A stretch of 61,813 nucleotides of DNA, filler included, from Chthonomonadaceae bacterium (GTDB lineage: Bacteria; Armatimonadota; Chthonomonadetes; Chthonomonadales; Chthonomonadaceae), in assembly GCA_035650735.1 (NCBI GenBank). It is 3 parts of 3 records of this genome, joined end to end, with 100 filler letters (N's around TTAATTAATTAA, not from the genome) between each part and the next. Parts side by side here need not be neighbours in the genome. Positions count along the whole stretch, not along the records: positions 1 to 23,870 come from DASRGZ010000048.1; 2 more parts are not named here. One strand, 5' to 3'. The translations under genes and the position numbers were made by a program. The first letter of the stretch is position 1, and every line of letters begins with the position of its first letter. The notes beneath the pieces are model-generated. The model was not told the DNA's origin. It did not search any database and saw nothing but the letters and a program-made list of their open reading frames with translations. Shown here one piece after another: positions 1 through 10,214 of the stretch.

Positions 1-132
1 GCGATCGGCCAGACCTTCAACCCGCGTAACCGGGCTGTTCTGGTCGCGTTGCTGCGCGGCCTGATCAATCCGACGGAGCTGGCGCGCGAGGCTCGCGCTC
101 TGAACGACTGGCTGGCTGCCAACCGGCATTAA
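1..132 (+). CDS. 3' end of a gene entering from the left edge, product unknown
   Basis: Open frame AIGQTFNPRNRAVLVALLRG...AANRH* with GC-rich codon bias, stop TAA at 130-132. Confidence 0.55.
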   Translation, partial: AIGQTFNPRNRAVLVALLRGLINPTELAREARALNDWLAANRH

Positions 133-165
133 GCGCGCCGAACAAACCCTCGGGCGCCGATCCTC

Positions 166-960
166 TTATGCCCGCCGCCACACGCGGTCCCACCATCCTG
201 GTTTCTTCCGCTCCTCTGCGGGCGCAGCCGGTATTTCTACGCTCGGTTCCGGACTCTGCGCTGCGGCGGGCGTTTCGCCTGCCGGCGCTTCCTTCTCCGC
301 GCCTGGCTCGGGAGCTTCTTCTGGCTCCGAAGTTTCGGCGGGCTGGTCGGCACGCATACGTGCCAACTCCATGAGCACCGACTCCGCGCCCTGGCGCACC
401 GCTGCCTCTGGCGCATCAAGCATCTGCTGGCATAACTCGGCTATGTCCGGAAGCGCGTACTCCAGATGAAGGTTGGCGTCACGGTAGTTCACAGCGCGCA
501 GCGCCTGCACTATCTGGAGCTTCTGGGCCGCCGTGAGGTAGTCGGCGCTCAGGACTTTGTGCGCCAGCGTGTGGGCATCGCCCAGCCCGGCTAAGAGCTC
601 CGCGGCGCGGGAGCGTTCCTCCCACTCTCCGGAGACCACTGCCTGGCTCAATCGCGGCACGGCGCGCAGATCGCCCATCTCCCCCAGGGCGACAGCAGCA
701 TAGTAGCTGGCAGCCGGGTCCCCTTCCTCCAGCGTCTGCAACAATGCTGCCACGGCGGGCGCACCGATCTCAACCAGGGCGACCGCCGCCCACGAGCGAA
801 CAAACTTGTCTTGATCTGTCAGGGCGCGGATCAAGGGCCCTACCGCGCGCTCCTCTCGAAGCTTGCCCAACTCGTAGGCAGCGCGCGAGCGCACGTCTCT
901 GCGGGGGTCTTCCAACGCCTGGATCAAGTCCTCGATAGGGTCCGATTGCGGAGTATTCAT
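166..960 (-). CDS. HEAT/PBS-lyase repeat protein
   Basis: Repeated LxxALxD...VRxxAAxALG motifs; low-complexity Pro/Glu C-terminal tail; GGAGG RBS. Confidence 0.85.
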   Translation of the reverse strand: MNTPQSDPIEDLIQALEDPRRDVRSRAAYELGKLREERAVGPLIRALTDQDKFVRSWAAVALVEIGAPAVAALLQTLEEGDPAASYYAAVALGEMGDLRAVPRLSQAVVSGEWEERSRAAELLAGLGDAHTLAHKVLSADYLTAAQKLQIVQALRAVNYRDANLHLEYALPDIAELCQQMLDAPEAAVRQGAESVLMELARMRADQPAETSEPEEAPEPGAEKEAPAGETPAAAQSPEPSVEIPAAPAEERKKPGWWDRVWRRA

Positions 961-1029
961 GGGCGAACACCTCCGACTGAAAGCATCTTCTTTGCCTAGC
1001 CGCGCGCAGGCTCGGCCATGTGCCCGTCG

Positions 1030-1797
1030 TTAGCCCGCACCTTTCCCGATCCCCAGGTTCCGGGCGTGAAAGGCGATAGCTTCCTGAACGTGGGTGTCCC
1101 AGTAGGCCCAGTCATGCGCGCCGGGGAACTCGGCGTATTCGTGCGGGTAGCCGATCTGATCCAGGTAGGCGTGCAGTGCGCGGTTGTCCTCGATCAGGAA
1201 GTCTTCCGTGCCGCAATCAATGCGCAGGGCGGGCCGTTTCTCCGAAGCCAGCTTCTCGGCCAGGGCGAAGATGTCGTCCGGGCCGCCGACCGGATTTTCG
1301 CCGACGATGCGGCGGAACTCCGTGTTCCAAGGGTTCTCAGAATCGGGCGGCAGTGGCCTGTGGGCAAAGCAGAGCGCCCCCGAATGGCTGACGGCGGAGC
1401 AAAAGAGATCGGGATACTTCAGCGCCAGCTTGGCCGCGCCGTAGCCGCCCATCGAAAGCCCGCCGATGCAGCGGCCCTCGCGCGCCGCCTTTGTGTGAAA
1501 CATCTTATCCACGTAGTTGACCAGGTCGCGGACAATGGCCGTCTCCCACGCCATGCCCTCTTTCGCGTCGCAATAGAAGCCCCGTCCGCCGTCGGGCATC
1601 ACCACGATCAGCGGCAAATCCTGGACGTAGCGCTCGATGCTGGTGCGCCGCTGCCAGATGGTGTGGTCGTCGGAGAGGCCGTGCAGCAGGTAGAACGTGG
1701 CGAACGGCCCTTCGTGATCGCCTTCCGGCAGGATAATATCGGCGGCAGTCGCCTTCTGCAGCGCCTTGCTGAAGTACTTCAATTCACAAAAAGCCAT
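1030..1797 (-). CDS. Esterase family alpha/beta hydrolase (tributyrin esterase / S-formylglutathione hydrolase-like)
   Basis: YLLHGLSDD, GLSMGG nucleophile elbow, DCGTED, GAHDW; AAGGAGG RBS before MAFCEL. Confidence 0.9.
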   Translation of the reverse strand: MAFCELKYFSKALQKATAADIILPEGDHEGPFATFYLLHGLSDDHTIWQRRTSIERYVQDLPLIVVMPDGGRGFYCDAKEGMAWETAIVRDLVNYVDKMFHTKAAREGRCIGGLSMGGYGAAKLALKYPDLFCSAVSHSGALCFAHRPLPPDSENPWNTEFRRIVGENPVGGPDDIFALAEKLASEKRPALRIDCGTEDFLIEDNRALHAYLDQIGYPHEYAEFPGAHDWAYWDTHVQEAIAFHARNLGIGKGAG

Positions 1798-2147
1798 CTC
1801 GAAACGTTGCCTCCTTGAATTCAAAAAGCTCTACCCTATCCTGCCTGGGAGCAACCGCTTGATCGCCCATCCCGCCGTGTTTTTGCGTCTTCCCGTTGCT
1901 CGCCCAAAACACTAGGCTGTCCCCTCGCCTGCTTCTTCTTCCTGGGCAGCGGCCCGCAACAGTTCCTGGGGCGGTGTGGGAGCGGCATCCTGCGCCGCCC
2001 GCAAGCTGGTTCGCAGCCACTGAAGCAGTTGGGTCCACATGAATTGTTTCTTTCTTCCAGCGGGCGCAATAGAGGTGGCGATCCTGAAAGCAGAGGCTTC
2101 CAGGTCGCCACCGTGGAATCACCGCAGGGCAGGCAGGCTTCTAACGC

Positions 2148-3086
2148 TCAGGACTGGGTGGGCGTGCCGCCAGCCGGGCGCGACGCGGCAACAGCGGCAG
2201 GATAAGTGCCGAGGGCCGGCTGTTCGCCGCCATCGTCCGCAGCGCTCAGAGCGGCGGTCGTCTCCGCAGCCGGCAGGGAGGAGGCCGACGGAGCGGCGGT
2301 CTCTGCTTTCGTCTCCTCTGCCTTGGAATTAGCGCGCTTTGCCATCTCGATAAACGGGGTCAGCAGGTCAATCGGCACGGGCAGAATGGTCATGCTGCTG
2401 CGCTCCGAGGCGATCTCGCGCATGGATTGCAGGTAGCGCAGTTGCAGCGCCGCCGGCTCCTTGCTCATCGTGGCTGCCGCCTGTGTCAACCGCTGCGCCG
2501 CCTGGTACTCGCCTTCGGCATTGATGACCTTGGCCCGCTTGTCGCGCTCGGCCTCGGCCTGCGCCGCCATCGCCCGCTTCATCGTCTCCGGCAGCGAGAC
2601 ATCGCGCACCTCGACGGCCGTGACCTTGACGCCATAGGGTTCCGTCTGCTGATCAATCACGTCCTGGAGATGCTGGTTGATGCGCTCACGTTGCGAGAGC
2701 AATTCGTCCAGTTCCGCTTGGCCGATGGTGCTGCGCAGGGTGGTCTGGGCGATGAGCGAGGTCGTGCGCATGTAGTTCTCGATGTTGAGAATGGCCGCGC
2801 GCGGGTCTACCACATAGAACAGCACGATGGCGTCCACCGTCACCGGCACATTGTCGCGGGTCATCATCTCCTGGCGCGGCACGTCGAGGGTGACGATGCG
2901 CGTATCTACCCGGTAGGCGCGGTCAATCCCGAAGGGCAGCAGGAAGATCGGCCCCGGCCCGGTCATGCGCTGGAACTTGCCAAGCCGCAGCACGACGGCG
3001 CGCTCCCAGTTCGCCAGCACCTTAAACGTCGAAGAGACAAAGATCACGGCGAACATCGCCGCAATAGCCGCGTAAATCCACTCCAT
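2148..3086 (-). CDS. SPFH/band-7 (slipin/stomatin) family protein
   Basis: N-terminal TM helix, ERAVVLRLG, TRDNV, AQTTLRS, AEAER..RAKVI.AEGE, ALQLRYLQ; RBS before MEWIY. Confidence 0.92.
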   Translation of the reverse strand: MEWIYAAIAAMFAVIFVSSTFKVLANWERAVVLRLGKFQRMTGPGPIFLLPFGIDRAYRVDTRIVTLDVPRQEMMTRDNVPVTVDAIVLFYVVDPRAAILNIENYMRTTSLIAQTTLRSTIGQAELDELLSQRERINQHLQDVIDQQTEPYGVKVTAVEVRDVSLPETMKRAMAAQAEAERDKRAKVINAEGEYQAAQRLTQAAATMSKEPAALQLRYLQSMREIASERSSMTILPVPIDLLTPFIEMAKRANSKAEETKAETAAPSASSLPAAETTAALSAADDGGEQPALGTYPAAVAASRPAGGTPTQS

Positions 3087-3368
3087 TTTGGGCCTCCTTC
3101 GTACCCACATCCCGTGAGAACATCCAGGGCGCTTTCTGACGACGTCACTACACAGTTCGGCAGGCTCCAGGCAGTTTCCTATCACCGAGAGAGGACTTTC
3201 ATAATACATTACGGTAAGCGGCTGTGACGGGTGTCAGAGGGTGGTGCATTGCCGGCACGCATGGCGTTTGCCCGGAAGCAAAGGAGCAACAACAAACCCC
3301 TCTTCCTTCGCGTGGAAGAGGGGCCGGGTATGAAGACCGTGTTGCCGCCTGTCCGCTGCAAGCCATTG

Positions 3369-3746
3369 TCAGGCCGATTGCCTATGCACGGTGTAAGGCT
3401 GGATGAGTACTTCCGCTGGAATGCCTAAACCGTTGTGTAGGCGGCGGATCATCTCAATCGTTAGGGCACGCCGTCGGTTCAGCACCTCGGCTACACGGGC
3501 ACGGCTGCCAAGGTAAGGTTCCAGGTCACGGCGTGTCAGGCCCCGACTTTCTAAGTGATAGAGCAAGGCTTCGATAGGATCGGGAGGGAGAACCGGATAG
3601 TGCTTGCGTTCGTAGGCTTCCACCAGCGTTGTCAACACTTCCAGACGGTCGCCCTCGGGAGTGTCGGGTTGAGCTTCAAAGAGAGCCTCAATCTCCTTTA
3701 ACACCTGCTCATACTCGGCTTCTGTTTTGATGGGGCGTAGGGACAT
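3369..3746 (-). CDS. higA: HigA-like HTH antitoxin / transcriptional regulator
   Basis: PIKTEAEYE...LEVLTTLVEAYE...PDPIEAL...VAEVLNRRRALTIEMIRRLHNGLGIPAEVLI is typical HigA; GAGGAG RBS. Confidence 0.85.
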   Translation of the reverse strand: MSLRPIKTEAEYEQVLKEIEALFEAQPDTPEGDRLEVLTTLVEAYERKHYPVLPPDPIEALLYHLESRGLTRRDLEPYLGSRARVAEVLNRRRALTIEMIRRLHNGLGIPAEVLIQPYTVHRQSA

Positions 3747-3756
3747 CGCCAACTCC

Positions 3757-3957
3757 TCAAATGGTTTCTGCATCTATCTGCTCAGAGGTCGTCTTGCCCT
3801 TAACGAGGAATGAAATATTTTGGTTGGCGAGCGCTTCCAGAGCGGCCTCAGGCACCAGATGCTCTCCAGACTTTAACACGCGACCGGAAAAACGGCCTAG
3901 CAGGAAGGCCAGAGCGCGCTTCTCCGTATCGCGGTCGGGAAACGTGATTGTTACCAT
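3757..3957 (-). CDS. Small hypothetical protein ending in a HigB-like tail (IDAETI)
   Basis: 66 aa ORF with AAGGA RBS sitting in the toxin position upstream of higA. Confidence 0.65.
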   Translation of the reverse strand: MVTITFPDRDTEKRALAFLLGRFSGRVLKSGEHLVPEAALEALANQNISFLVKGKTTSEQIDAETI

Positions 3958-4012
3958 ATCAAGTTATCCTTATCTCAGGCCGTTGTTTTTGTCCTGGCCT
4001 GCGGGTGGAGAT

Positions 4013-4369
4013 CTACCTGAGGCGCGTCCGGCGTATACAGCCACGAACTGCCCCATAACGGTCGGCAGCATAACTCAGATCCGTAACTCCTCGTTCTCTC
4101 GCTTGAGAGCCTTCATCCAGAGTGAATAGACGGCTGGTAAAGCCGTAGATGCGTTCCAGCATGGCTAGAGCCATCCCCTTGATGGAAGCGAACATTGTCT
4201 CTGTCTCTGCTTGAAGTGCCTGCGTTTCCGCCTTAAGTGTTGCAATCTCCTTCTGATCGCGCTTCATTTGCGCCAGAGCCTGGTCAATCTCAGCGAAAAG
4301 CTGCAAGATGGCTCCGTCCACGTCGGCAGGCAGTTGAGCCGCAGAGGCAGAAGGAACAGTATCGTTCAT
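4013..4369 (-). CDS. Hypothetical coiled-coil protein, C-terminus possibly frameshifted
   Basis: GAGGAGG RBS; heptad-like N-terminal half; atypical C-terminal half. Confidence 0.45.
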   Translation of the reverse strand: MNDTVPSASAAQLPADVDGAILQLFAEIDQALAQMKRDQKEIATLKAETQALQAETETMFASIKGMALAMLERIYGFTSRLFTLDEGSQARERGVTDLSYAADRYGAVRGCIRRTRLR

Positions 4370-4647
4370 GGCTTCGGTCCTCCTCTTCTCATTATATCAT
4401 AACTCACTGCCTGGACCGCCCTGGTTGTTCGGATACAGGTCACTGCCCATGTCGAGAACGCCTAACAATCCCAAAATGGTCCTGCCGCCTCGCCGGATAA
4501 TGGCTGGAACTTTCCTTCGGGTCACTTTTGCCTCTTTAGCACCGTATAATTTACCGACAGCCATATTCTTGCAGGAAATGCATTCTCTCTGTCGAAAATA
4601 GCGCCTGTTACGATTTGGTTCTGCCGCACGCGCCCGCGGAGGTCGTC

Positions 4648-7431
4648 ATGCCTGCTGTTTCCTCAGGCCGCACTCTGCCGACCGGAACCGTCACCTTTCT
4701 CTTCACCGATATTGAGGGCAGCACCCAACTCTGGGAACAACGCCCGGAGGCTATGAGTGCGGCCCTGGCCCATCATGACGCCCTCCTGAATCACGCTATC
4801 GAAGACCATAACGGCTCTGTCTTCAAAAAGGGAGGCGATGCCTTCTGCGCCGTCTTTGCGACCGCTTCCGAAGCGCTGGCGGCGGCTCTGGCGGCGCAGA
4901 TCGCCCTGCACCATCCCCAGGCGCAGGCTGCTTCCGCCGATACGGGCCTGACCTTACGGGTACGCATGGCCCTGCACACGGGCACGGCGGAACAGCGCGA
5001 CGAGGACTACTTCGGCCCCGCGCTCAATCGGGTCGCACGCCTGTTGGCTGCCGGGCATGGCGGGCAGGTGCTCGTTTCAGAAGCCACGCAAGGGCTGGTT
5101 CAGGGTTCCTTGCCGTCCGGGGCCAGCCTGAAAGACCTGGGCGAACATCGGCTCAAAGACCTGGAGCGCGCCGAGCGGATTTTTCAACTGCTGCACCCCG
5201 ACCTACCCGCCGACTTCCCCCCACTCCGCTCGCTGGATGCGTTCCGGCATAACCTACCCATACAGTTGACCAGTTTCATCGGGCGGGAAACGGAAATCCT
5301 CAATATCAAAAAGCGACTCAAAGCAAAACGAATGCTGACGCTGACGGGTATCGGCGGTTGTGGCAAGACGCGCCTGGCCCTTCAGGTCGCCGCCGAGGTC
5401 GTGGAAGAGTATCCGGATGGCGTCTGGCTGGTGGAGTTGGCGGCGCTGACCGATCCGACGCTCGTGCCGCAGCAGGTCGCCACGGTGCTTGGAGTGAAGG
5501 AAGCGCCGGGCCGTCCGTTGCCGGATACGCTGGCGGAAGCCCTCAAGCCCCGGCATATGCTGCTACTGCTGGACAATTGCGAGCATCTGAAAGAGGCGTG
5601 CTCCCTGCTGGCGGATACCTTGCTGCGCGCTGCTCCCGGTTTACAGATCCTTGCCACCAGCCGGGCGGTACTGAGCGTACCGGGAGAGACTACCTACCGC
5701 GTGCCCTGCCTGGATATTCCGCCCGATCCTGAGCAATTGCCCTCTCTCGACACGTTCAGGGAATACGAGGCAGTACGCCTGTTTGTCGAACATGCCACTT
5801 CCGTAGAGCCTACTTTTGCCATTACCGCGCAGAACGCGCCTGCGCTGGCACGCATCTGCCAGCTTCTGGACGGCATTCCGCTGGCCATCGAATTAGCGGC
5901 ATCGCGCGTGCGCGCCCTGCCGGTGGAACGGATCGCCCAACGCCTGGAGCATCACTTTGATCTGCTCTCGCACGGCGCTTTCAGGGCGCTGCCCCGCCAG
6001 AAGACCCTGCGCGCGACCATAGATTGGAGCTATAACCTGCTCGACGAGCCGGAACGCACTCTGCTGCGCGGCCTGGCCGTGTTTGCAGGCGGGTGGTCGC
6101 TGGAAGCGGCGGAGGCCGTTTGCGCGGGCGAGAGAATCGAGGATTGGCAGGTGCTGGACTTGCTGACGCAATTAGTGGACGAGTCGCTGGTGATCTATCA
6201 GGAGCAGGCAGGACGTGAGCGCTATCGCCTACTGGAGACCGTACGCAAATATGCTCTGGACAAGCTAGAAGCGGCAGGCGAAGCCGACCAGGTGCGCAGC
6301 CGCCATCTGGAGTATTTCCTGGGCCTGGCCGAAGAAGCAGAATCGAAACTCCGCGGCCCAGAGCAAGCCGACTGGCTCAAGCGGCTGGAATCCGAACACG
6401 ACAATCTGCGGGCGGCGCTGAAGTGGCCTGTCCATAGCGAGATGCGCCTGCGCCTGGCGAGCGCGCTCTGGCGGTTCTGGGCGACACACGGCTATTTCAG
6501 CGAGGGGCGCAGTTGGCTGGAAGGCGCGCTCTCTCGCAGCGAAGGCATCTCAGAGAGCGTGCGCGCCAAGGCCCTTAACGGCGCAGGCGTCCTCGCCACC
6601 AGGCAGGCAGACCATGCTACGGCGCGTTCGTTATTAGAACAGAGTCTGGCGATACGCCGCCAACTGGAGGATATTCGCGGCGTCGCCGAGGCACTCAACA
6701 ATTTGGGAATTGTGCTGCGTGATCAAGGCGACTACGCAGCCGCTCAAGCTTGCTATGAGGAGAGCCTGGCAAAGTGCCGAACGCAGGACGATAAGTGGAT
6801 GCTAGCAGCCGTGCTCAATAATATGGGTTCTCTGGCACTCGACCAGCACGAGTATACACAGGCGCGTTCCTGCTATGAAGAGAGCTTGGCCTTCTATAAA
6901 GAACTGGGCGATACCGTCAATATCGCAAGCACTTCCAACAATCTAGCGGTTATCACCTTTGGACTTGGAGACTACGCCCAAGCACGTCGTTTTTTTCAGC
7001 AAAGCCTGGCTTCGTTTCGTGAGCTAGGAAACAGATGGGCCGAAGCGATCACGTTGACCAATCTGGCTAGCGCTGTGATGAAGCTGGACGAGCCGTGTGC
7101 AGCAGAGTCGCTTTTCCTGGAAAGTCTCCGTATACGGTCTGCCGTGGGAGATAAAAGTGGTATGGCCTATCCGCTTATGGGTCTGGCAAACGTGGCGGAA
7201 ATTCAGAAGGACTATCCGCGTGCCGTGCAACTGCTGGCTGCCGCTGAAACCGTCCGCGATACCTTTGGTGTTGTCCTCTCTCCTTCTCAATGGGCAGAGT
7301 ATATCCAGGAATGGGAAGCCTTACGCGCTAAGCTGACCGAGGAGGATTTTAAGACGAGTTGGGAGCGAGGAAAAGCAATGACACTCGAAGAAATCCTTTC
7401 ATTGGCATCTCAGAACACGAACAAGGCATAG
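4648..7431 (+). CDS. Class III adenylate/guanylate cyclase - STAND NTPase - TPR protein
   Basis: TFLFTDIEGST...GDAF cyclase; GIGGCGKTRL Walker A, LLLLDNCEH Walker B, GIPLAIEL; C-terminal TPRs (ALNNLG); GGAGG RBS. Confidence 0.93.
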   Translation: MPAVSSGRTLPTGTVTFLFTDIEGSTQLWEQRPEAMSAALAHHDALLNHAIEDHNGSVFKKGGDAFCAVFATASEALAAALAAQIALHHPQAQAASADTGLTLRVRMALHTGTAEQRDEDYFGPALNRVARLLAAGHGGQVLVSEATQGLVQGSLPSGASLKDLGEHRLKDLERAERIFQLLHPDLPADFPPLRSLDAFRHNLPIQLTSFIGRETEILNIKKRLKAKRMLTLTGIGGCGKTRLALQVAAEVVEEYPDGVWLVELAALTDPTLVPQQVATVLGVKEAPGRPLPDTLAEALKPRHMLLLLDNCEHLKEACSLLADTLLRAAPGLQILATSRAVLSVPGETTYRVPCLDIPPDPEQLPSLDTFREYEAVRLFVEHATSVEPTFAITAQNAPALARICQLLDGIPLAIELAASRVRALPVERIAQRLEHHFDLLSHGAFRALPRQKTLRATIDWSYNLLDEPERTLLRGLAVFAGGWSLEAAEAVCAGERIEDWQVLDLLTQLVDESLVIYQEQAGRERYRLLETVRKYALDKLEAAGEADQVRSRHLEYFLGLAEEAESKLRGPEQADWLKRLESEHDNLRAALKWPVHSEMRLRLASALWRFWATHGYFSEGRSWLEGALSRSEGISESVRAKALNGAGVLATRQADHATARSLLEQSLAIRRQLEDIRGVAEALNNLGIVLRDQGDYAAAQACYEESLAKCRTQDDKWMLAAVLNNMGSLALDQHEYTQARSCYEESLAFYKELGDTVNIASTSNNLAVITFGLGDYAQARRFFQQSLASFRELGNRWAEAITLTNLASAVMKLDEPCAAESLFLESLRIRSAVGDKSGMAYPLMGLANVAEIQKDYPRAVQLLAAAETVRDTFGVVLSPSQWAEYIQEWEALRAKLTEEDFKTSWERGKAMTLEEILSLASQNTNKA

Positions 7432-7471
7432 TTCACGTGACGATGGATAGCATACTGAAGGAGGAGCAGCC

Positions 7472-8062
7472 ATGCGTTTCCAGACGACAGCCAGGACTTT
7501 TGTCCGGTCCCGAAGTTTCCTTTTGCTGCTATTAGCTTCTATCCTTGTGCTTGTTGGGTTCGCTGTCTATGCCAAGCCACCTACGCCTAAAACTTCGCAT
7601 AAGAAGCTCGTACAATCTAGAACTCGCAATAAACGGCGTAGATTTGCCAGACTAGTGCCGCCTGTTATTCCGCTTCAAACTATTCCTATCTCCGTTAAGC
7701 GGAGCGGTCCGGTACTACGTGCAGCAGATGACGACGAGGACCCAGATGTGCATAAGAGGACCGGAGCAATCTATAGTATCAATATTCTGTCCTCTTCGAT
7801 GGATCCTAACAATAAGTCCGTGGTGGTCGCCTTTGATACGGTAGACTGCACGCTCGCAGCCGTTCAAGGTGGAAACTGTACAGTTCATCAAATCGGGAAT
7901 GATTGGGTGTTGACGGTTAGTCGAATAAACCCCAATAAGCCAGTAACCAACATAAAGTTCAAACTTACACCAACAGCAACAGCAACAGAACCTGCAACCC
8001 TCTATGTCGTCGGCAAACGTGATTTTGTCTACGCTAGCATTTCCTTCAGAGCGATGAACTAA
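7472..8062 (+). CDS. Hypothetical exported protein, lower GC than the backbone
   Basis: AAGGAGG RBS; signal peptide-like N-terminus (LLLLLASILVLVGFAVYA); beta-rich C-terminus with a Cys pair. Confidence 0.7.
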   Translation: MRFQTTARTFVRSRSFLLLLLASILVLVGFAVYAKPPTPKTSHKKLVQSRTRNKRRRFARLVPPVIPLQTIPISVKRSGPVLRAADDDEDPDVHKRTGAIYSINILSSSMDPNNKSVVVAFDTVDCTLAAVQGGNCTVHQIGNDWVLTVSRINPNKPVTNIKFKLTPTATATEPATLYVVGKRDFVYASISFRAMN

Positions 8063-8235
8063 TTGATTGCCTGTCCGAGTAAGCCTACAGCCTGCACCTG
8101 ATGTAGTGTCCAGTCCTGTTTATACCAGGGCTGGACGTTCTTGGGGTTGAAACCAGTCGACTCGCCTCGGAGGAATGCGTCTCCTCTCTGTGGAAAAGGG
8201 ACCCAAAGCCACCCCACAGAAAGGAATCGCGCCCC

Positions 8236-9954
8236 ATGCCTGAGGACATCCGCTTCGATACCTACTACCCGTATGCCGAACTCACCGAGCGCCTGCAAAG
8301 CCTGGTCGCCGCCCATCCCAACCTGCTGGGCATCGAAAGCATCGGTAAGAGCTATGAGGGGCGCGATGTCTGGTGCGTGACCGCCACTAACTTCGCCACC
8401 GGCCCCGCCGAGGAGAAGCCTGCCTTCTGGACCGACGGCAACATCCACGCCACCGAAGTCTCGGCCTCCTCGGCCTGCCTCTACCTGCTGCACAAGCTCG
8501 CCACGCAGTACGGCCAGGATGCCGACGTGACTCGCGCGCTGGATACCCGCGCCTTCTATGTCGTGCCGCGCGTCAACCCGGACGGCGCGGAGCTCTACTT
8601 TGCCGAAAAGCCCAGGTATATCCGCTCCAGCACGCGGCCCTACCCCTACGACGAGGAGCCGCTGGAAGGCTTGAAGCAGGAGGACATAGATGGCGACGGG
8701 CGGCTGCTCCAGATGCGCATCCAAGACCCGAACGGCCCCTGGAAGCCGCATCCCGAACACCCACGCCTGCTGGTGCGCCGCGACCCCACCGAGACGGGCG
8801 GAACCTACTACCGCCTGCTGCCCGAAGGCATCCTGGAGAACTGGGACGGCCTCACGCTCACCGTGCAGCGCAACAAGGAGGGCCTGGACCTCAATCGCAA
8901 CTTCCCGGCCCACTGGCGGCAGGAGCATGAGCAGCACGGTGCAGGGCCGTTTCCCGGCAGCGAGCCGGAGGTCTACAACCTGGTGAAGTTCATCACCGCG
9001 CACCCGAACATCACCGGCGGCATCACCTTCCATACCTACAGCGGCGTGCTGCTCCGGCCCTACGGCACGCAGGCCGACGATACCATGCCCGCCGAAGACC
9101 TCTGGACGTTCCAGGCCATCGGCAAGAAGGGCACCGAGATCACCGGCTACCCCAACGTCAGCGTCTTCCATGACTTCCGCTACCACCCGAAAGAGGTCAT
9201 CACCGGCGTCTTTGACGACTGGATGTACGACCACCTGGGCGTTTACGCCTGGACGGTCGAGATCTGGTCGCCGCAGCGGCAGGCGGGCCTGACGGAAGGC
9301 TTTGACGGCAACACCAAGCCAGGCTCCTTCAAATTCATTGACTGGTACCGTGACCATCCCATCGAAGACGACCTGAAGTTGCTGGAGTGGGCGGATAAAG
9401 ATCTGGACGGCCAGGGGTACGTGGAGTGGTATCCCTTCGAGCACCCGCAGCTTGGCCCGGTGGAACTGGGCGGCTGGAATGCGCTCTACGCCTTTCGCAA
9501 CCCGCCCCCACCGTTTTTGGAGAAAGAGATCGCGCCGCTGGCCGATTGGGTTCTCTGGCACGCCCTGATCTCTCCCAAGCTGGAGATTTACCGGGCGGAG
9601 GCGGAGCCGCTGGGCGATGGAACGTATCTGGTGCGGCTGGTCGTGGACAATACGGGGTGGCTGCCGACCTATATCAGCAAGAAGGCGCTGGAAAAGAAGG
9701 TCGTGCGGGAGGTCGTGGCCGAGATCGAGTTGCCTGAGGGCGCGACCCTGGAGAGCGGCAAGGCGCGCGTAGAGATCGGCCAGTTGGAGGGTCGCGCCTA
9801 TAAAAGCCCCACGCCCTACGGCTGGGCCGCCGACCCAACCGCCGAGCGCGCCAAAGTCGAGTGGGTCCTCCGCGCGCAGCCGGGAGGCACGGTTAAGCTC
9901 ACCGCCCGCCACGAGCGCGCCGGAACCATCCGGGCCGAGGTGCCCTTGCGCTAA
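8236..9954 (+). CDS. M14 family zinc carboxypeptidase
   Basis: IGKSYEGR, GNIHATE (HxxE), NPDG, DLNRNF, SEPE, TFHTYSG motifs. Confidence 0.93.
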   Translation: MPEDIRFDTYYPYAELTERLQSLVAAHPNLLGIESIGKSYEGRDVWCVTATNFATGPAEEKPAFWTDGNIHATEVSASSACLYLLHKLATQYGQDADVTRALDTRAFYVVPRVNPDGAELYFAEKPRYIRSSTRPYPYDEEPLEGLKQEDIDGDGRLLQMRIQDPNGPWKPHPEHPRLLVRRDPTETGGTYYRLLPEGILENWDGLTLTVQRNKEGLDLNRNFPAHWRQEHEQHGAGPFPGSEPEVYNLVKFITAHPNITGGITFHTYSGVLLRPYGTQADDTMPAEDLWTFQAIGKKGTEITGYPNVSVFHDFRYHPKEVITGVFDDWMYDHLGVYAWTVEIWSPQRQAGLTEGFDGNTKPGSFKFIDWYRDHPIEDDLKLLEWADKDLDGQGYVEWYPFEHPQLGPVELGGWNALYAFRNPPPPFLEKEIAPLADWVLWHALISPKLEIYRAEAEPLGDGTYLVRLVVDNTGWLPTYISKKALEKKVVREVVAEIELPEGATLESGKARVEIGQLEGRAYKSPTPYGWAADPTAERAKVEWVLRAQPGGTVKLTARHERAGTIRAEVPLR

Positions 9955-9975
9955 GAGTGTCTACGGTAATTGCTG

Positions 9976-10165
9976 GCAGCCCACCCCTAAAGGGATGGGC
10001 TGTGTCGCTAGGCGGAGGCGCGAACCGTTGAGCGCCGATCCTTGCAGTCGGCAAGCCCGCTCAAGCGGGCTGCCAGAGGTTGGTTTGTCCTCTTCAGGGG
10101 TTACCAGAAGGGAGAGCCCCCTTCAGGGGGCTTGCCGCCTACAGCCCGGTCCTTTAGGGCCGGGC
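9976..10165. repeat. Inverted pair of REP-like palindromes; the left arm carries a 46-bp micro-element (10003-10048)
   Basis: gcccacccctaaagggatgggctg..cggcaagccc is mirrored by gggcttgccgcctacagcccggtcctttagggccgggc. Confidence 0.8.
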
Positions 10166-10214
10166 GCAGTCCGGCCCTCGCTATTGTTGAGAGCGCCGGT
10201 ATGAGGATAGCGTT

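Noticed and set aside
8059..9912. 617-aa minus-strand ORF and similar long antisense ORFs (16238-17971, 28252-29712, 57777-59408, 59252-61552)
   Set aside because: These are shadows of well-supported genes on the opposite strand in high-GC DNA.
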